A stretch of DNA of 64,000 nucleotides from Octopus bimaculoides (lineage: Eukaryota): assembly GCF_001194135.2 (NCBI RefSeq), contig NC_068985.1:71811194-71875193 (forward strand). The letters are read 5' to 3'. A program made the translations under genes and the position numbers. Numbering within the stretch: position 1 is the first letter of the stretch; each line of letters opens with the position of its first letter. The notes beneath the pieces were generated by a model. The model made no database searches and was not told the DNA's origin. It saw only the letters and a program-made list of their open reading frames with translations. This document shows positions 11,500-23,456 of the stretch, piece by piece.

Positions 11500-11885
11500 C
11501 GCAGGAGTGGCTGTGTGGTAAGTAGCATGCTTACAAACCACATGGTTTTGGGTTCAGTCCCACTGTTTAGCAAGTAACTTCTACTATAGCCTCAGGTCGA
11601 CCAGAGCCTTGTGAATGGATTTGGTAGATGGAAACTGAAAGAAGCCCTTTGTATATATGTATGTAGATGTGTGTTTGTGTGTCTGTTTGTACCCCCCACC
11701 ATTGCTTGACAGTCAATGTTGGTGTGTTTACGTCCCCATAACGTAGTTGTTTGGCAAAAGAGACCAATAGAATAAGTACTAGGCTTTACAAAGAATATGT
11801 CCTGTGGGCGATTTGTCCGACTAAAGGCAGTGCTCCAGCATGGCTGCAGTCAAATGACTGAAACAAATAAAAGAATAAAGAATCA
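11500..11885 (+). mobile_element. SINE family A, near full length
   Basis: gcaggagtggctgtgtggtaagtagc...gggttcagtccc...ctccagcatggctgcagtcaaatgactgaaacaaataaaagaataaag. Confidence 0.9.
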
Positions 11886-12279
11886 AATGTACTACATAAC
11901 TTAGGTTCTCATATATGTAATGAATATAATGAGTTGAAAAACTGAGATCATTACATTTGGAAAACTGAGTTTGTGGTGGTGGTATGTGTATAAAGGGTGG
12001 TAGAGAGGAATCTTTCTTAATCTTTAATGCAAGAAGCTTCCAGTAAAAGAGCATGAAGTGGAATGGAAAAAAAATAGAGCAGGGAGGACAAGGGAATGGC
12101 GATGATGTTTGTGTTAAGAGGAATGTTGAACAAGGATGCAGAGTGGGTGGGCTGGCCTGAAGCAAGTGGGGTGCTGGCTGAGCCTTCTCAAGGAGGGCTA
12201 GATATTAAAAAAATAAATAAATATATGTAATTAAAAAAAGATGAAATAAAAAATGAAAAATATCAGAAAAAAACACTGG

Positions 12280-12710
12280 TGGTAGTGGTGGTAACTAAGG
12301 AGAGGTGTTGATGACGGTGGGGGTAATGACAGAGGAGGAGTGCCAGGGGGAGTGGTGGTGGTGGTGGTGGGGGTTGATGTTGTTGGATGGTGATGACAGT
12401 TGTGGTGATTGTTGTGGTGGTAGTGTTAGGGACAGCCGGGTGTGATGGCCCTGTCTAGTGGTGGTAGCAGCACCAGTGGTAGTAATGATGATTATTGGTG
12501 GTGGTTGTGGTGGTAGTCTTGTTATAAAGAAAATAGAAATGAAGAGGCTGGAAACTGTTTTCTCTAGCACAAGCATGAAGGATTTGTGTGTGGAATGAAG
12601 GGTGGTGGGGGTGGAAGAGGGGACAGGGAGAAGAGAACAGTGCTGGAGGAGGTGGTGGTGGTTGTAGTAGCAGTGGTAGTGGTGATTGGTGGGTGGGGAA
12701 GAAGTTGGGT
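12280..12710. repeat. (GGT)n/GA-rich low-complexity tract
   Basis: Degenerate ggtggtggt and gtggtagtg runs read directly. Confidence 0.75.
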
Positions 12711-13382
12711 AGGCGACAAATTGTTCTCCCAGAAATTTTTCTGACTGACTGAAAGTAGGAAGTGCAAAGGTTTGCAAAAACACTCTTGACTATTGACCAG
12801 AAGAGACAGCTGCTACTTAAAGAAATGAATAAATAAATAATAATAATAATAATGATGCCAATAATAATAATAATGAAAACAACCAGGAGTCAATTTTTGG
12901 CAGAATTGTGCCTAATAGGAATATAAGTACCCACATAAACATGATAAATATACATACACATTCATGTACACACACACACACATTCATGCATACCCAAATA
13001 AGCAGGTATATGTGTCTGTGACTTATTTATGTTCGTTAATGGGGTGTAAATTGTGTACTTAATAATATGGCTATACAATAATTTCTAGGCTAGGTTTTTC
13101 TACACATAAATGTATACACACACACACACACACACAAAATATACATTGCTGTAGACTCTGATATTATTCAGATCATGAAAGAATGAAAGCTCCTTCTTAT
13201 ACAAAAAGACATAACTGTCCATGCGCGTGCGTGCGCGTGCCCCCCCCCCACACACACACACATATGCATGCACACACACACACACACAAAAGCATATATT
13301 TACATATGTACATGTGTCAATATATGTCTATATGCATTCATATATATTTTAAAATGTATGTAGATTTGTATTCTGTCCTTGC

Positions 13383-13529
13383 NNNNNNNNNNNNNNNNNN
13401 NNNNNNNNNNNNNNNNNNNNNNNNNNNNNNNNNNNNNNNNNNNNNNNNNNNNNNNNNNNNNNNNNNNNNNNNNNNNNNNNNNNNNNNNNNNNNNNNNNNN
13501 NNNNNNNNNNNNNNNNNNNNNNNNNNNNN
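13383..13529. other. Assembly gap (first of seven)
   Basis: N runs at 13383-13529, 18298-18307, 23717-23935, 26609-26673, 33892-33980, 57276-57469, 59161-59270. Confidence 0.99.
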
Positions 13530-13796
13530 TTGTCTTTTGTGGAATTCTATACAAAAATCTCAGTGCTGTCAACTGGTGTTTTGCTATTCAGTTATATTTG
13601 GTGCATTGTATTATAATGAGTTGTGGATATCTCTCCTTGTTGCAAACACATGATGATCAACTGATGAGAAATTGCTGTACTTGTATGTCCTCATCAATAA
13701 GAAGCCATAACCTAACCAAATCATAAGGCATAGTTAAAAGAAACATAATATACAAATTTCAATGTAAAATATGGAGGGTTTTTTTTTTTGTTTTTG

Positions 13797-14150
13797 CTTT
13801 TGTAGATTCCCATGATTCTTTGGTCACCATCCAATTCCATTATTATGAATTTGAATTGAGAGCTTGAGTCATAGTGAATCTTTCATTAACTTTTTACACA
13901 ACCATGGCAGCCACCCTCACAACTGCATTGCAGTTACTCTCTCGATAGAGCCCAGTGATCCTGACCATTGATCTTCTAGAATTCCTCCAATCAGTATCAA
14001 TGTAAGAAACACCAGTGGCTCTTTTGAGCTCTTCCACTACCTCTTCGCAATCCGCCATGCTGCAGTCATGAGTTCACTGTATCCCTGGCAGGGTCACTGA
14101 ATGGGTATTATGCCTTGTCAAAGGGCAGTCCACAACTATGCAGGTATCTT
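13797..14150 (+). repeat. Unclassified interspersed repeat; inverted homolog at 60735-61070
   Basis: Shared blocks gattcccatga, atgaatttgaattg, agcttgagtcatagtgaa, gcattgcagttactct, gaccattga.cttcta, ccatgctgcag are colinear with the reverse complement of 60735-61070. Confidence 0.7.
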
Positions 14151-14279
14151 TAAAATACCTACACACCCATAGAAGGTGTAAACTTCATAATTCAAACTGT
14201 TACATGGGACACATGAGTTATGATTCTTTCTCATGAGTTGAACATGCATTTACATTGGGAAGCCATCACAGATCATTAC

Positions 14280-14535
14280 ATTACATCATGTTTTCCATGC
14301 TGGCATGGATTGGATGGTAAACTGGAGAGCTGCTCCAGGTTCCAATCTGATTTGACATGGTTTCTATAGCTGGATGTCCTTCCTAATGCCAACCACTCCA
14401 AGGGTGTAGTGGATGGCAGTTATGTAACACTGGCATCAACCACAACTACAAGCTCACTTGACTTGACAGGTCTTTTCAAGCACAGTATATTGCCTAAGGT
14501 CTTGGTCATTTACCATTGCCTCCATGAGGCCCATT
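14280..14535 (-). mobile_element. RTE LINE 3' UTR remnant
   Basis: ttttccatgctggcatggattgga...gtttctatagctggatgtccttcctaatgccaaccac...ggtcttggtcatt. Similar remnants at 3400-3460, 21480-21775(+), 30250-30640, 36330-36450(+), 58047-58360. Confidence 0.75.
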
Positions 14536-14729
14536 GTAGTACACGAAATAAAGGGAATAGAAATACATAAGTTGATAGCACTACAATTCTGTACATCAAA
14601 TTTCACAAAAAAGATGAGAGGAATAATTATGAAAGTTCTACTAATAGCAAAATACTAACCTAAATTTAAACACACAAGCACACCAAATGTAAAATAGATC
14701 TCAGGACGTATCATTTTTTTTTTCTTCAT

Positions 14730-15172
14730 CTTTTACTTGTTTCAGTCATTAGACTGTAGTCATGCTGTAGCATTGCCTTGAAGGATTTTTGTTGAATGAA
14801 TTGATGCCAGTGATTATTTAAAAAAATGTTTTTATCCCTATCAGTCTCTTTTACTGAACTGCTAAGTTACAGTGATATAAACACACCATTCTCAAGCAGT
14901 GAAGCAAGACAAACACAGACACAAAGACCTCTATCCATTCAGCTATCTGTCTGTCTGTCTATCTATCTATACACACATACATACATACATACATACATAC
15001 ATACAATGGGCCTCCTTCAGTTTCCATTTGCCAAATCCACTTACAAGGCTTTGGTTGGCCCAAATCTATAGTTAGAAGACACTTGCCCAAGGTGCCACAT
15101 GGTGGGACTGAGCTTATAACCATGTGGTTGGGAAGCAAGCTTCTTAACAGACAGCCAAACCTATGCCTAGAA
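14730..15172 (-). mobile_element. SINE family A
   Basis: ttttacttgtttcagtcattagactgt...cttcagtttccatttgccaaatccacttacaaggc...gttgggaagcaagcttcttaac. Partial copies at 15440-15590 and 16230-16390. Confidence 0.85.
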
Positions 15173-16559
15173 GTAAAGTTTAAAAGGTTTTTTTTTTTTT
15201 AATTGTATAATTTTTGAACATAACATTGAGATTTTATTGGTTATAAAAGTATTCCAATGATCTTTTGACCTACTGCAAAGTGCTTGAACTGCACACCATT
15301 ATTACCATCACATTATTTTGAGGATGGGCAGTGAATGTCTTGAAATGTTAATGGACTAATGGATTTAGAAACACTATTGTTCCAAATAAAAGATAAGTGA
15401 CTAATAAGAAAAATGAAAAATCTTTAGTAAAAAAAAAACCAAGCTTGTACTTTGACCAGCCTTTAAAATACACACACACACACACACACACATGTAAAGA
15501 CACTTGCTTAATATGTTGTACAGGAAGATTGATCCTAAGACCACATGGTTGTGAAATGAACTTCATAACCACACAGCCATGCCTGTACCTTCATTTCTAA
15601 CAGAGCATCCACGTTTAAGCAGAGATAAATATTACTTCTCAGTATTAATATTTCCTCTATCACTAATATACATTTTTTAACAAGCTCACTGGCTAATCAC
15701 GATGCTAGTGCTTGTTCTGGCTCTGTTATTCTATGTACTGCTGGCAGGGAGATGAATTGCTGCTATCTCTAGTGGTTGAATGTTCATCATTGACAAGACC
15801 AAGGACAGTTGAAATCACATGATCTGGTGGTCTCAGTGCTGGAGATGGCAGGGATTTATCTCCCTGCTAGTGATATAAGCAAGAATGCATTTTGCACCAA
15901 AAGCCAATATGAGTTTCTCTCATGGTAACTACCACAGTATAGTTTGCTCTAAAAGAACATCCATGTTTAAGTAGGGATAAATGTTACCTCTCTTTATTTA
16001 TATTATTCATTTACTCAATCGTTTTTTTTTTTAAGTTCAATTTCTATATGTTGTTGAGATATTGTTTTACAGCCAGATGCTCTTCTTATTACTAACCATT
16101 GCCCGTTTTTCAAGGATAGTGTGGAGCCAGCAGAAAATTTATTGGCAGGGGAAGGATGACAAGCTTCTCACCTTGTTTTGTTGCTCACTGCTTTATCACT
16201 TGAAGCTTGCAGGATGCAAACATTTGTAGACATGCACATACAAATACATGCACCAAATTCATTCGCAAGGCTTTGGTTAGCCTGAGGCTACAGTAAAAGA
16301 TGCTTGCCCACTGTGCCACATATTGGGACTGAACCTAAAACCACATAGCTGAGAAGTGACCTTCTTAACCACATAGTGATGACCACACACACACACACAT
16401 ATAAAGTAGTTTAATGCACATTGAATAAAATTTGGCTGCTATTTTTATCAAGTCTGAAGGGTTTGTTATAAGAGTGTATGTGAACAATACTTGGAACTTG
16501 TTGAAATGTTTAGTAAACTAGTAATTTAATTAAAAAAAAACATAAGAAACTATCCATTG

Positions 16560-16790
16560 AAGTTTTTTCTTCAATAACATAAGCTGGCTTCCTTTCAATA
16601 TCTGTTCGTGGTCTACAAATAGAAGCTGCATGAAAAAGCATGTCTAATGTTTGTTACAAGTCACAATTACTGAAACATGAAAATTTGCTTTAAATGGAAA
16701 ACCCCTCGAGCAAAACATTGTATACCAATGCATGTCTCCAGCTCTGCATATCATGCATGCAAAGCTGTCACTTGTAGTGACTATGATATT
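16560..16790 (+). mobile_element. Penelope-like element trace (GIY-YIG region)
   Basis: In-frame FALNGKPLEQNIVYQC at about 16686-16733 resembles the CPLNGxCL..N(I/V)VY motif; upstream agctgcatg...caagtcacaat resembles SCM....SHN. Confidence 0.45.
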
Positions 16791-16929
16791 GTTACACGAC
16801 CCATGATTTCACTAAGTTCTTTTTGGTGCCTATATAGTCGCAAGCAGCCGTAAGCTTCCTCTCCTACCTTTGACCTAGCAGAACATCCAGGTGGAGACAG
16901 ACTTGGAGGAGGAAGGAGCTACACCAGCA

Positions 16930-17080
16930 CTGGGCTGGTACTCATTTTCAGCTGAGTAAACTGGAGCAATATGAAATAAAGTTCCTTGCTCAAGGAGACA
17001 ATATGCTATCCTGTCCAGGAATCAAATCCATGACATTATTGTGAGTTCAACATCCTAACAACCAAACCATGTGTCTCCTC
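16930..17080 (-). mobile_element. SINE family C
   Basis: ggtactcattttcagctgagtaaactggagcaa...ttgctcaagga...ggaatcaaatcc is the reverse complement of the 38390-38530 head. Confidence 0.7.
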
Positions 17081-17340
17081 TGTCAACAACATTGCAACAA
17101 GACTTATATGGCTTACAGAACACTGCTTCAAAGGTTGTCTCATACAGCTTAACAGCTCATTTCATTTTTATCTCCTGGAAAACAACACAATACTGTCATG
17201 GCTCATTAGAAAATTGAGAGGCAAATGAGAGACCAGCAATATTTCATGAATAGTGTTGGGGAAGGTACAGGCATTTAACAATGTAACCCCCTCCCTCACA
17301 AAGAAACTTTAGATCAGCCATTAACCTATCCCAATCAATA

Positions 17341-17804
17341 CATTGTGTAACACAATTTATTTCTTTGGTAGCAGCTGTTATTTCCTATTTGTTTACCTCT
17401 AGAAAGTATGAAAAATGGCTAATATTTCCTTCAAACTTTGCTTTCCTCAATCTTGTCTCCACTTAGACAGCTAGAAGTAAACTGTTGAGTTTATGATTCC
17501 AGTATTTATACTGCCATCTATCTTGCCAGAATGTTCTAAAAATTCTTGAAACTTTAAAAACTTCTCAAAAGTTCTGGAAAATTCTAGAAAGTTCTAGAAA
17601 ATTCTGCTTCAGCAACACAATGCTGAATTTATCTGAAATGTAATGGAAAATAGGTTAGTTTCAAAACAGTGATGTCCAAGTAACAAAAGCAAAGTTTGAC
17701 GGGAATAGTAGTCATTTCCTTTGATTTCTAGATTGAAACAAATAGGAAATAACATTTATTGACCAAAGACAAGACAAAATGTTTTTTTAAATTGTTACAC
17801 AGTG
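17341..17804. mobile_element. Tc1-like long-TIR MITE with internal ttctagaaaa-type 10-mer repeats
   Basis: cattgtgtaac...gttatttcctattttgttt...caaactttgcttt pairs with aaagcaaagtttg...aaacaaataggaaataac...gttacacagtg; TA on the left flank; core 17530-17605. Confidence 0.55.
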
Positions 17805-17974
17805 TTATTAAAAAGAATGAACTAATTTCACTGTGCTAAGATATTCCCCAAATTTTCCTAGAGAATTTTTCAAGAAGACAGCTGTGATGCATGACTGATG
17901 ACAATTGATAATCTCTGCTTTCACCACCTTGAACCATCTTATTACTATCTGACTTGCTGACACATACAACCATC

Positions 17975-18629
17975 GGATCTATTTCAAAACGGGGGCACCA
18001 GTATTTTCTTAACGAAACACTTTGAAACTTGGGACACTGGTAGAATGTGTCATATAAAACATCTTTTACTCTTAGTCTTCTTAACAAAAAAACGTACATC
18101 GCAAATTATTCCATGTTAAAGTTGTCGTATTTCTGTAATTTCAACCAATCACTGACGTCTATTCAGCTGAATAGAGTTACTGCTGGGCGGTCATAAAAAT
18201 GTTATTCCCTGTGACATATTTCATCCGGTTTAATCGTAATTTATACGCATATATTGTTTATATAATAAATTACGCTGTGCATATCTATGTGTGTAACNNN
18301 NNNNNNNTTTAGGGTTAAGGTTAGGGTTAGGGTCAAAAGTGTAGTTAGGGTTAGGGTCAAAAGTGTAGTTAGGGTTAGGGTTAGGGTTAGGGGATTAATA
18401 CGATATACACCGTTACAGTGCTAACTGTTTTCAACTGAATAGATCTCAGTGATTAGTAGAAATTATCGAAATAAGACAATTTTTTACATGAAATAAATTC
18501 GAATACAAAAATATTTTTGTGTTCTATAACACAAAATAGATAAGTATACGAAGTTTGAAAGTCTTTCGGTACCAAAAACACTACATAAAACATAAATGAA
18601 AACTGGTGCCCCCGTTTTGAAATAGATCC
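17975..18629. mobile_element. Non-autonomous TIR DNA transposon (Merlin-like) carrying TTAGGG repeats
   Basis: Perfect 28-bp TIRs ggatctatttcaaaacgggggcaccagt (17975-18002, 18602-18629); 8-bp TSD caaccatc/cagccatc; internal ttaggg array about 18308-18393. Confidence 0.85.
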
Positions 18630-18766
18630 CAGCCATCTACTTGAATGAAACCATAATTTGGGCATATGTAATCCTTGTTCGTCTCACACAATACTGTACA
18701 CTTCCAACATTAACTTATATCCAATACTTATAATTTGCACTGCAGTATAAACAGAAACTAAATATA

Positions 18767-18804
<38 letters not shown>

Positions 18805-19302
18805 ATAAAGGCACATACATACAGGGAGACAGAGAGGGAGAGGGAAAGAGAGAGAGTGAGAATGATATTGACACCTCTGTAGACTGTAACTGGTGCAATA
18901 TAGAAAAAAGATTGACTTTTAGAATTATGAACACCAGAGTGATTCCTTGAAATTTTCAGATGTCAGGAATTTCACTCTCAGAGAAGTCCCAAAACATTGC
19001 ACAGATGGTTGATATATTTAAGCTAGGCTTAACTTTATATGTAGCGGAAGTGGGGGGAGGGAGTGTGTTTGTCACAAGGGATAGGAAAGAGGATATTAAA
19101 CTCACTTCCTTTCTTTTACCATAACAAGGACCAGTACCACCACTACCATTACTACCATCATCATCATCATTGAAGTAATGATAAGGATGCAAGATGGAAA
19201 TAGCAGCCAGATCTTCCTCAAATGACACTTTATTGTCTTATCTTGAAAAAGGAGGGATACATTTGATAATATAATCCTAGATATACAATGCATGCTCTAA
19301 GA

Positions 19303-19626
19303 CGGTGGTCTCAACCAGAGTCCATATGATCCCTGGGGTCCTTGCAAGCAAAATAGCAAATTGAGAATTCGTAGTAGTGTTTTAAGTGTCCATCAAAAAA
19401 TTTTGCTTTGGACGTATTTATTGCAAGAAACAGTTCAGTTTCTTTCTCTGATGTTTTACATAGTTCAAGCTACAAGAGTGAATGTATGATAAACAAAATA
19501 GGAATTTTGATAGAGGTGTCTATAAAACTAGTTTTTTTAAACATCAAATGGCTATGTGGGTCCACCAGAATAAAATAGAAATGAAAGGGGTCCTTAGATA
19601 CAAAAGAAAATGATTGGGAACCACTG
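19303..19626. mobile_element. hAT (Charlie-like) MITE
   Basis: Termini cggtggtctcaacc / gattgggaaccactg; imperfect 8-bp flanks ctctaaga/ttcttaga; second copy at 40011-40287. Confidence 0.7.
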
Positions 19627-20612
19627 TTCTTAGAGAAGGATTTGATGGTTACAGTTGAAACACCTTTGATCATTAGTCTTTTTGATGAGAAGTTGAGCTG
19701 TTACTAAGCAACAGCAAATGTCATTATCATCTTGATAAACATCATCACCATATATATTATAATCATCATCATGGTCTTGTTAACTTTTTTACAGTTACTG
19801 TTCATTCTGCTGAATAAAGTAACCATGTTTCTATCAACCAGGTTTGAAATTAGGAGTTGAGGGGAATTTGCATCCAATAAATATCTGGATGCTATGATCA
19901 AAATAAACACAAGAAACTTTTGCTGGAACTACAATGATAATAAATTTTATTGACTTGAATTATTATATATGCTTAATAATAATAAAATTATCATTATCAG
20001 TTGCATTCAATAAAATTGTTATTGCATTTAGAATGAACATTTCTATTGAGAAAATACTTAACCCACAAATCTTGCAATCCTGAGATTAAAAGCTTCATGT
20101 TCTGTTACCTGAGCTATTTATGATATACTTGATTTAGCATTGACATATTTCATGCAAGAGAGAAAAAGTGAGTGAAAGAGAGATACAGAGAAGCTATCTA
20201 GAAGTAATTATACAGTTAGGAGAAAATGATATTCAATAAGTAATGTTTTTTTCATTTCTCTTTCAAATATGGGAGACAATGCAGATCTGTTACTAAGCTT
20301 CAAGTCTTTTTTAGACAACTGACAAAGGCTATTTAAAAAAAAAAAATTTTTTTTTTTAAGAGTAATGGCAATTTATCAAGTCAGATCAGAAAAATTAGCT
20401 TACAGAGTTTCTACACATATTACTTAATCTGCTAATAATAGCAGTTGAATTCCTGTTAATTTCATCATATAGTCTTAAATGGATAGATATTGAATATTAC
20501 TGTTCTAAATACAACTAAACATCGGATACAAGTTGTGTTCAGAATGTTTTTTGGTCATTCATAATTCCAACATCAACATCAAAAACAAAAAAGAACCCAA
20601 ACAATGATGATA

Positions 20613-20645
<33 letters not shown>

Positions 20646-20674
20646 GCGGTGGTGCAAGCAGTGGTTGTGGTGGC

Positions 20675-20863
20675 ATAAGGCCAGCTATTTTGTGGGAAGA
20701 GATAAGTTGGTTACATTGACCCCAGCACTCAACTGGTACTTATTTTATTGACCCTGAAAGGATGAAAGGCAAAGTCGAACTTAGCTGAATTTGAACTCAG
20801 AATGTAAAGCCAGACAAAATGCTGCTAAGCATTTTGCTAATGATTCTACCATGCTCACTGCCT

Positions 20864-20865
<2 letters not shown>
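20675..20865 (-). mobile_element. SINE family B
   Basis: gaccccagcactcaactggtacttattttattgaccctgaaaggatgaaaggcaaagtcgaac...gctaagcattttgc, followed by (TAA)n. Confidence 0.8.
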
Positions 20866-20894
<29 letters not shown>

Positions 20895-22052
20895 TGCCCT
20901 GATGCAATACCAGGCTGTAGGTCTCATGGCTACTGATCTTAACTGTAAAAAATGCACTACAGCAAATATTCTTTACAAAACCACAGATTTGCTTGTCAGT
21001 TGCTTGACCTTAAGCAGTTAAGCATGTTCCTTAGTAGTTGACGATATGAGCACAACTGATCATGAGTGGAGGAGCATCACATCCATGTGTTAAGAGGAAT
21101 TCTTTGGGTTTGAATAATTCACCTTTGGAAACATGGGTGTTTCATTCATCAACCTTAAACACCTCTTATTCAGAGACCTTTTGAGCAGGATGGACTATTC
21201 AGGCTGAAGAAAGTTCTAACTGGGCTCCACCCACAAGGTCATGTGCTCTTTATCTTGATATTAGATCACCATGTTGTGCACATATGATTGTGATGCATGT
21301 GTCTGGTGAACTCTTATTGGATGGGTAGTCATGATGGACATATTGAGCTTTGCATATTTGTACTGTTCTCTCACACAGTAATAATAATAACAGTGTATTA
21401 TATATAACATTGGATCTTGGCCAGACATTTTCAGTGAGGGCATCATCTGTTTCTTGAAACTCAGGATTTGTAATTATGTTCTCCCATCACAGAATTGAGA
21501 TCCTAAAACCAAGGTGTCACATAAAATGCATTGGTGTGGATGCTTGTGCCTCACAAAAAGCATTGGTTCTGGTGTTACATAAAAGGCACTGGTGATGGTG
21601 CCACATAAAAAGCACTCAGTACACTCTGTAAAGTGGTTGATATTAGGAATGTTATCCAGCTGTAGAAACCAAACCAAAACTTATAGAATCTTGTGTGGCC
21701 GCTGGCTTTGCCAGTTCCTGTCAAGCTGTCCAACCCATGTCAGCATGGAAGATGAACATTAAATGTTGTTGATGATGTACATCCAAAAGCACAGGCAAGA
21801 AAGTCATAATACAGCAAAACAATTCACCTAATTTTGTCATCCGCCTCCCACCATGTGTACACATGGTGTCTCTGAGCAGAAAACTTTACTCCACATTCTT
21901 TCAGTTCACATAATTGTAGGTGCAGACAGGGAATAGGAACCAGATCATCTGGAAACATGATTTCTGGTGGAGCAGTGTTCTGTCCAGGGCAAAATATGTC
22001 TTTTATCCACTTCATGCTATGAAAGTTGAGCTAATCATCAGCTCTTTACAGG

Positions 22053-22440
22053 CCTCTCAGAAGTCATTTCCAGAGTGTAGAGGTTCTCTTATACAGATGT
22101 AGAGTGGAGGAATTTTCTGATACACATTTAGAGTACAATGATTCTTTCAGACACATGCAGAAAGTTAAAGGGCTCTCTTAAATATCATACAAATAACCAG
22201 AGTGAAAGGTCTCTATTAAATATTATACAGGGTATTGTTCTCCCAAGTACACCCAGTATTTCTGAGTTCTCTAAAGCAGACATAAAATGCAAGGGTTCTT
22301 TCAAGCTTACTTAGAAATCAAGATCCGATCAAACATGCCCAAACTGCATGAGATTTTCAAGCACATCCATTGTGTAGATTTCCAAAGCTTACCTTGATTA
22401 CAGATATTCTCGAAAGCATATCCAGAGTTAAAGTGTTGGA
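22053..22440. repeat. Cryptic degenerate tandem array, about 29-bp period, about 13 units
   Basis: Unit starts near 22053, 22085, 22115, 22143, 22174, 22210, 22239, 22268, 22297, 22325, 22354, 22380, 22408; approximate consensus TCTCTCAAACACATCCAGAGTGCAAGGGT. Confidence 0.6.
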
Positions 22441-22714
22441 TCTCTGGGGCTATTGTAAGCATTTTATTGTCTTAGTGCTACTATTACTAACTTACTATTA
22501 TGTTGACAACAATCTCTCTCTCTCACCGCCAACTGAAATATTAGATTATTCATTCTTCAGCAATTTGAACTTATGAATAGAAATCTTCTGGGAAATTCTC
22601 CTGTGGATTAATTGTTACCAACACAGTTCATTACTAGATAACTTGGATTCTGGATTTAATTCCAATTTTAACTACAACTAAGAGACAGCTGTAACAATAG
22701 CAACAACAATAACA

Positions 22715-23388
22715 ATAATAATAGTTGTCTCTAACAAAAGCACAAATTTAGGACAGAGGAACAGCTAGCTACATTGAATTCAGTACTTGACTGGAATTTC
22801 ATTTTATCAACTTTGGAGAGTTGAACAGGAAAGTTGACCTTGAAGCAATTTGAAATAAGTGTTTAACAAGTCAACTAAATATTGCAGAACAGTTTATCCA
22901 ATGCTCTAAGGAAGCCTTACAGTTCCTTCATAATGATCGTTTCAAATTTTGGCACAAGACAACAAGTTCAAGGGAGGGCTAAGTCAATTACATCAACCCC
23001 ACCAGTGCTCAAATAGTACTTGTTTTATTGACCCTGAAAGGGAGAAAGGGAAAGTTGAACTTAGCTGAATTTGAACTCAGAACAAAGATGGATGAAATGT
23101 TACTAAGCATTTTGCTCTGCATGCTAATGATTCTGATAGCTCACAGCCTCAATAATAATAACAATAATCCTTTCTACTAATATGCACAAGGCCTGAAATT
23201 GGGGAAGGGACTAGTCGAATACATCGCCCCCTCCCCTCCAGTACTCAACTGGTACTTATCTTATCAACCTCATAAGAATGAAAGGCAAAGTTGACCACGG
23301 CAGAATTTGAACTCGGAACGTAGTGACAGATGAAATACCACCAAGCATTATTATGCTGGACATGCTAACAATGCTGCCAGCTTGCCAC
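22715..23388 (-). mobile_element. Three head-to-tail SINE family B copies
   Basis: Centre motif attgacc..gaaagg..aaaggcaaagttga recurs at about 22800, 23030 and 23270; copies are joined by AAT-rich linkers. Confidence 0.75.
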
Positions 23389-23389
23389 C

Positions 23390-23454
<65 letters not shown>

Positions 23455-23456
<2 letters not shown>

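Noticed and set aside
12280-12710. Functional G-quadruplex or Thr/His-rich protein (ORF 12295-12783)
   Set aside because: This is an ordinary decayed (GGT)n microsatellite with mostly two-G runs and no coding evidence.
18308-18393. True chromosome end or fusion scar
   Set aside because: The TTAGGG array is short, interrupted and enclosed by TIRs with a TSD.
18956-19228. 90-aa minus ORF with a gaa|gtgagt donor at about 19107
   Set aside because: Its start lies in a family-D-like repeat and a (GAT)n tract, and no acceptor precedes the donor.
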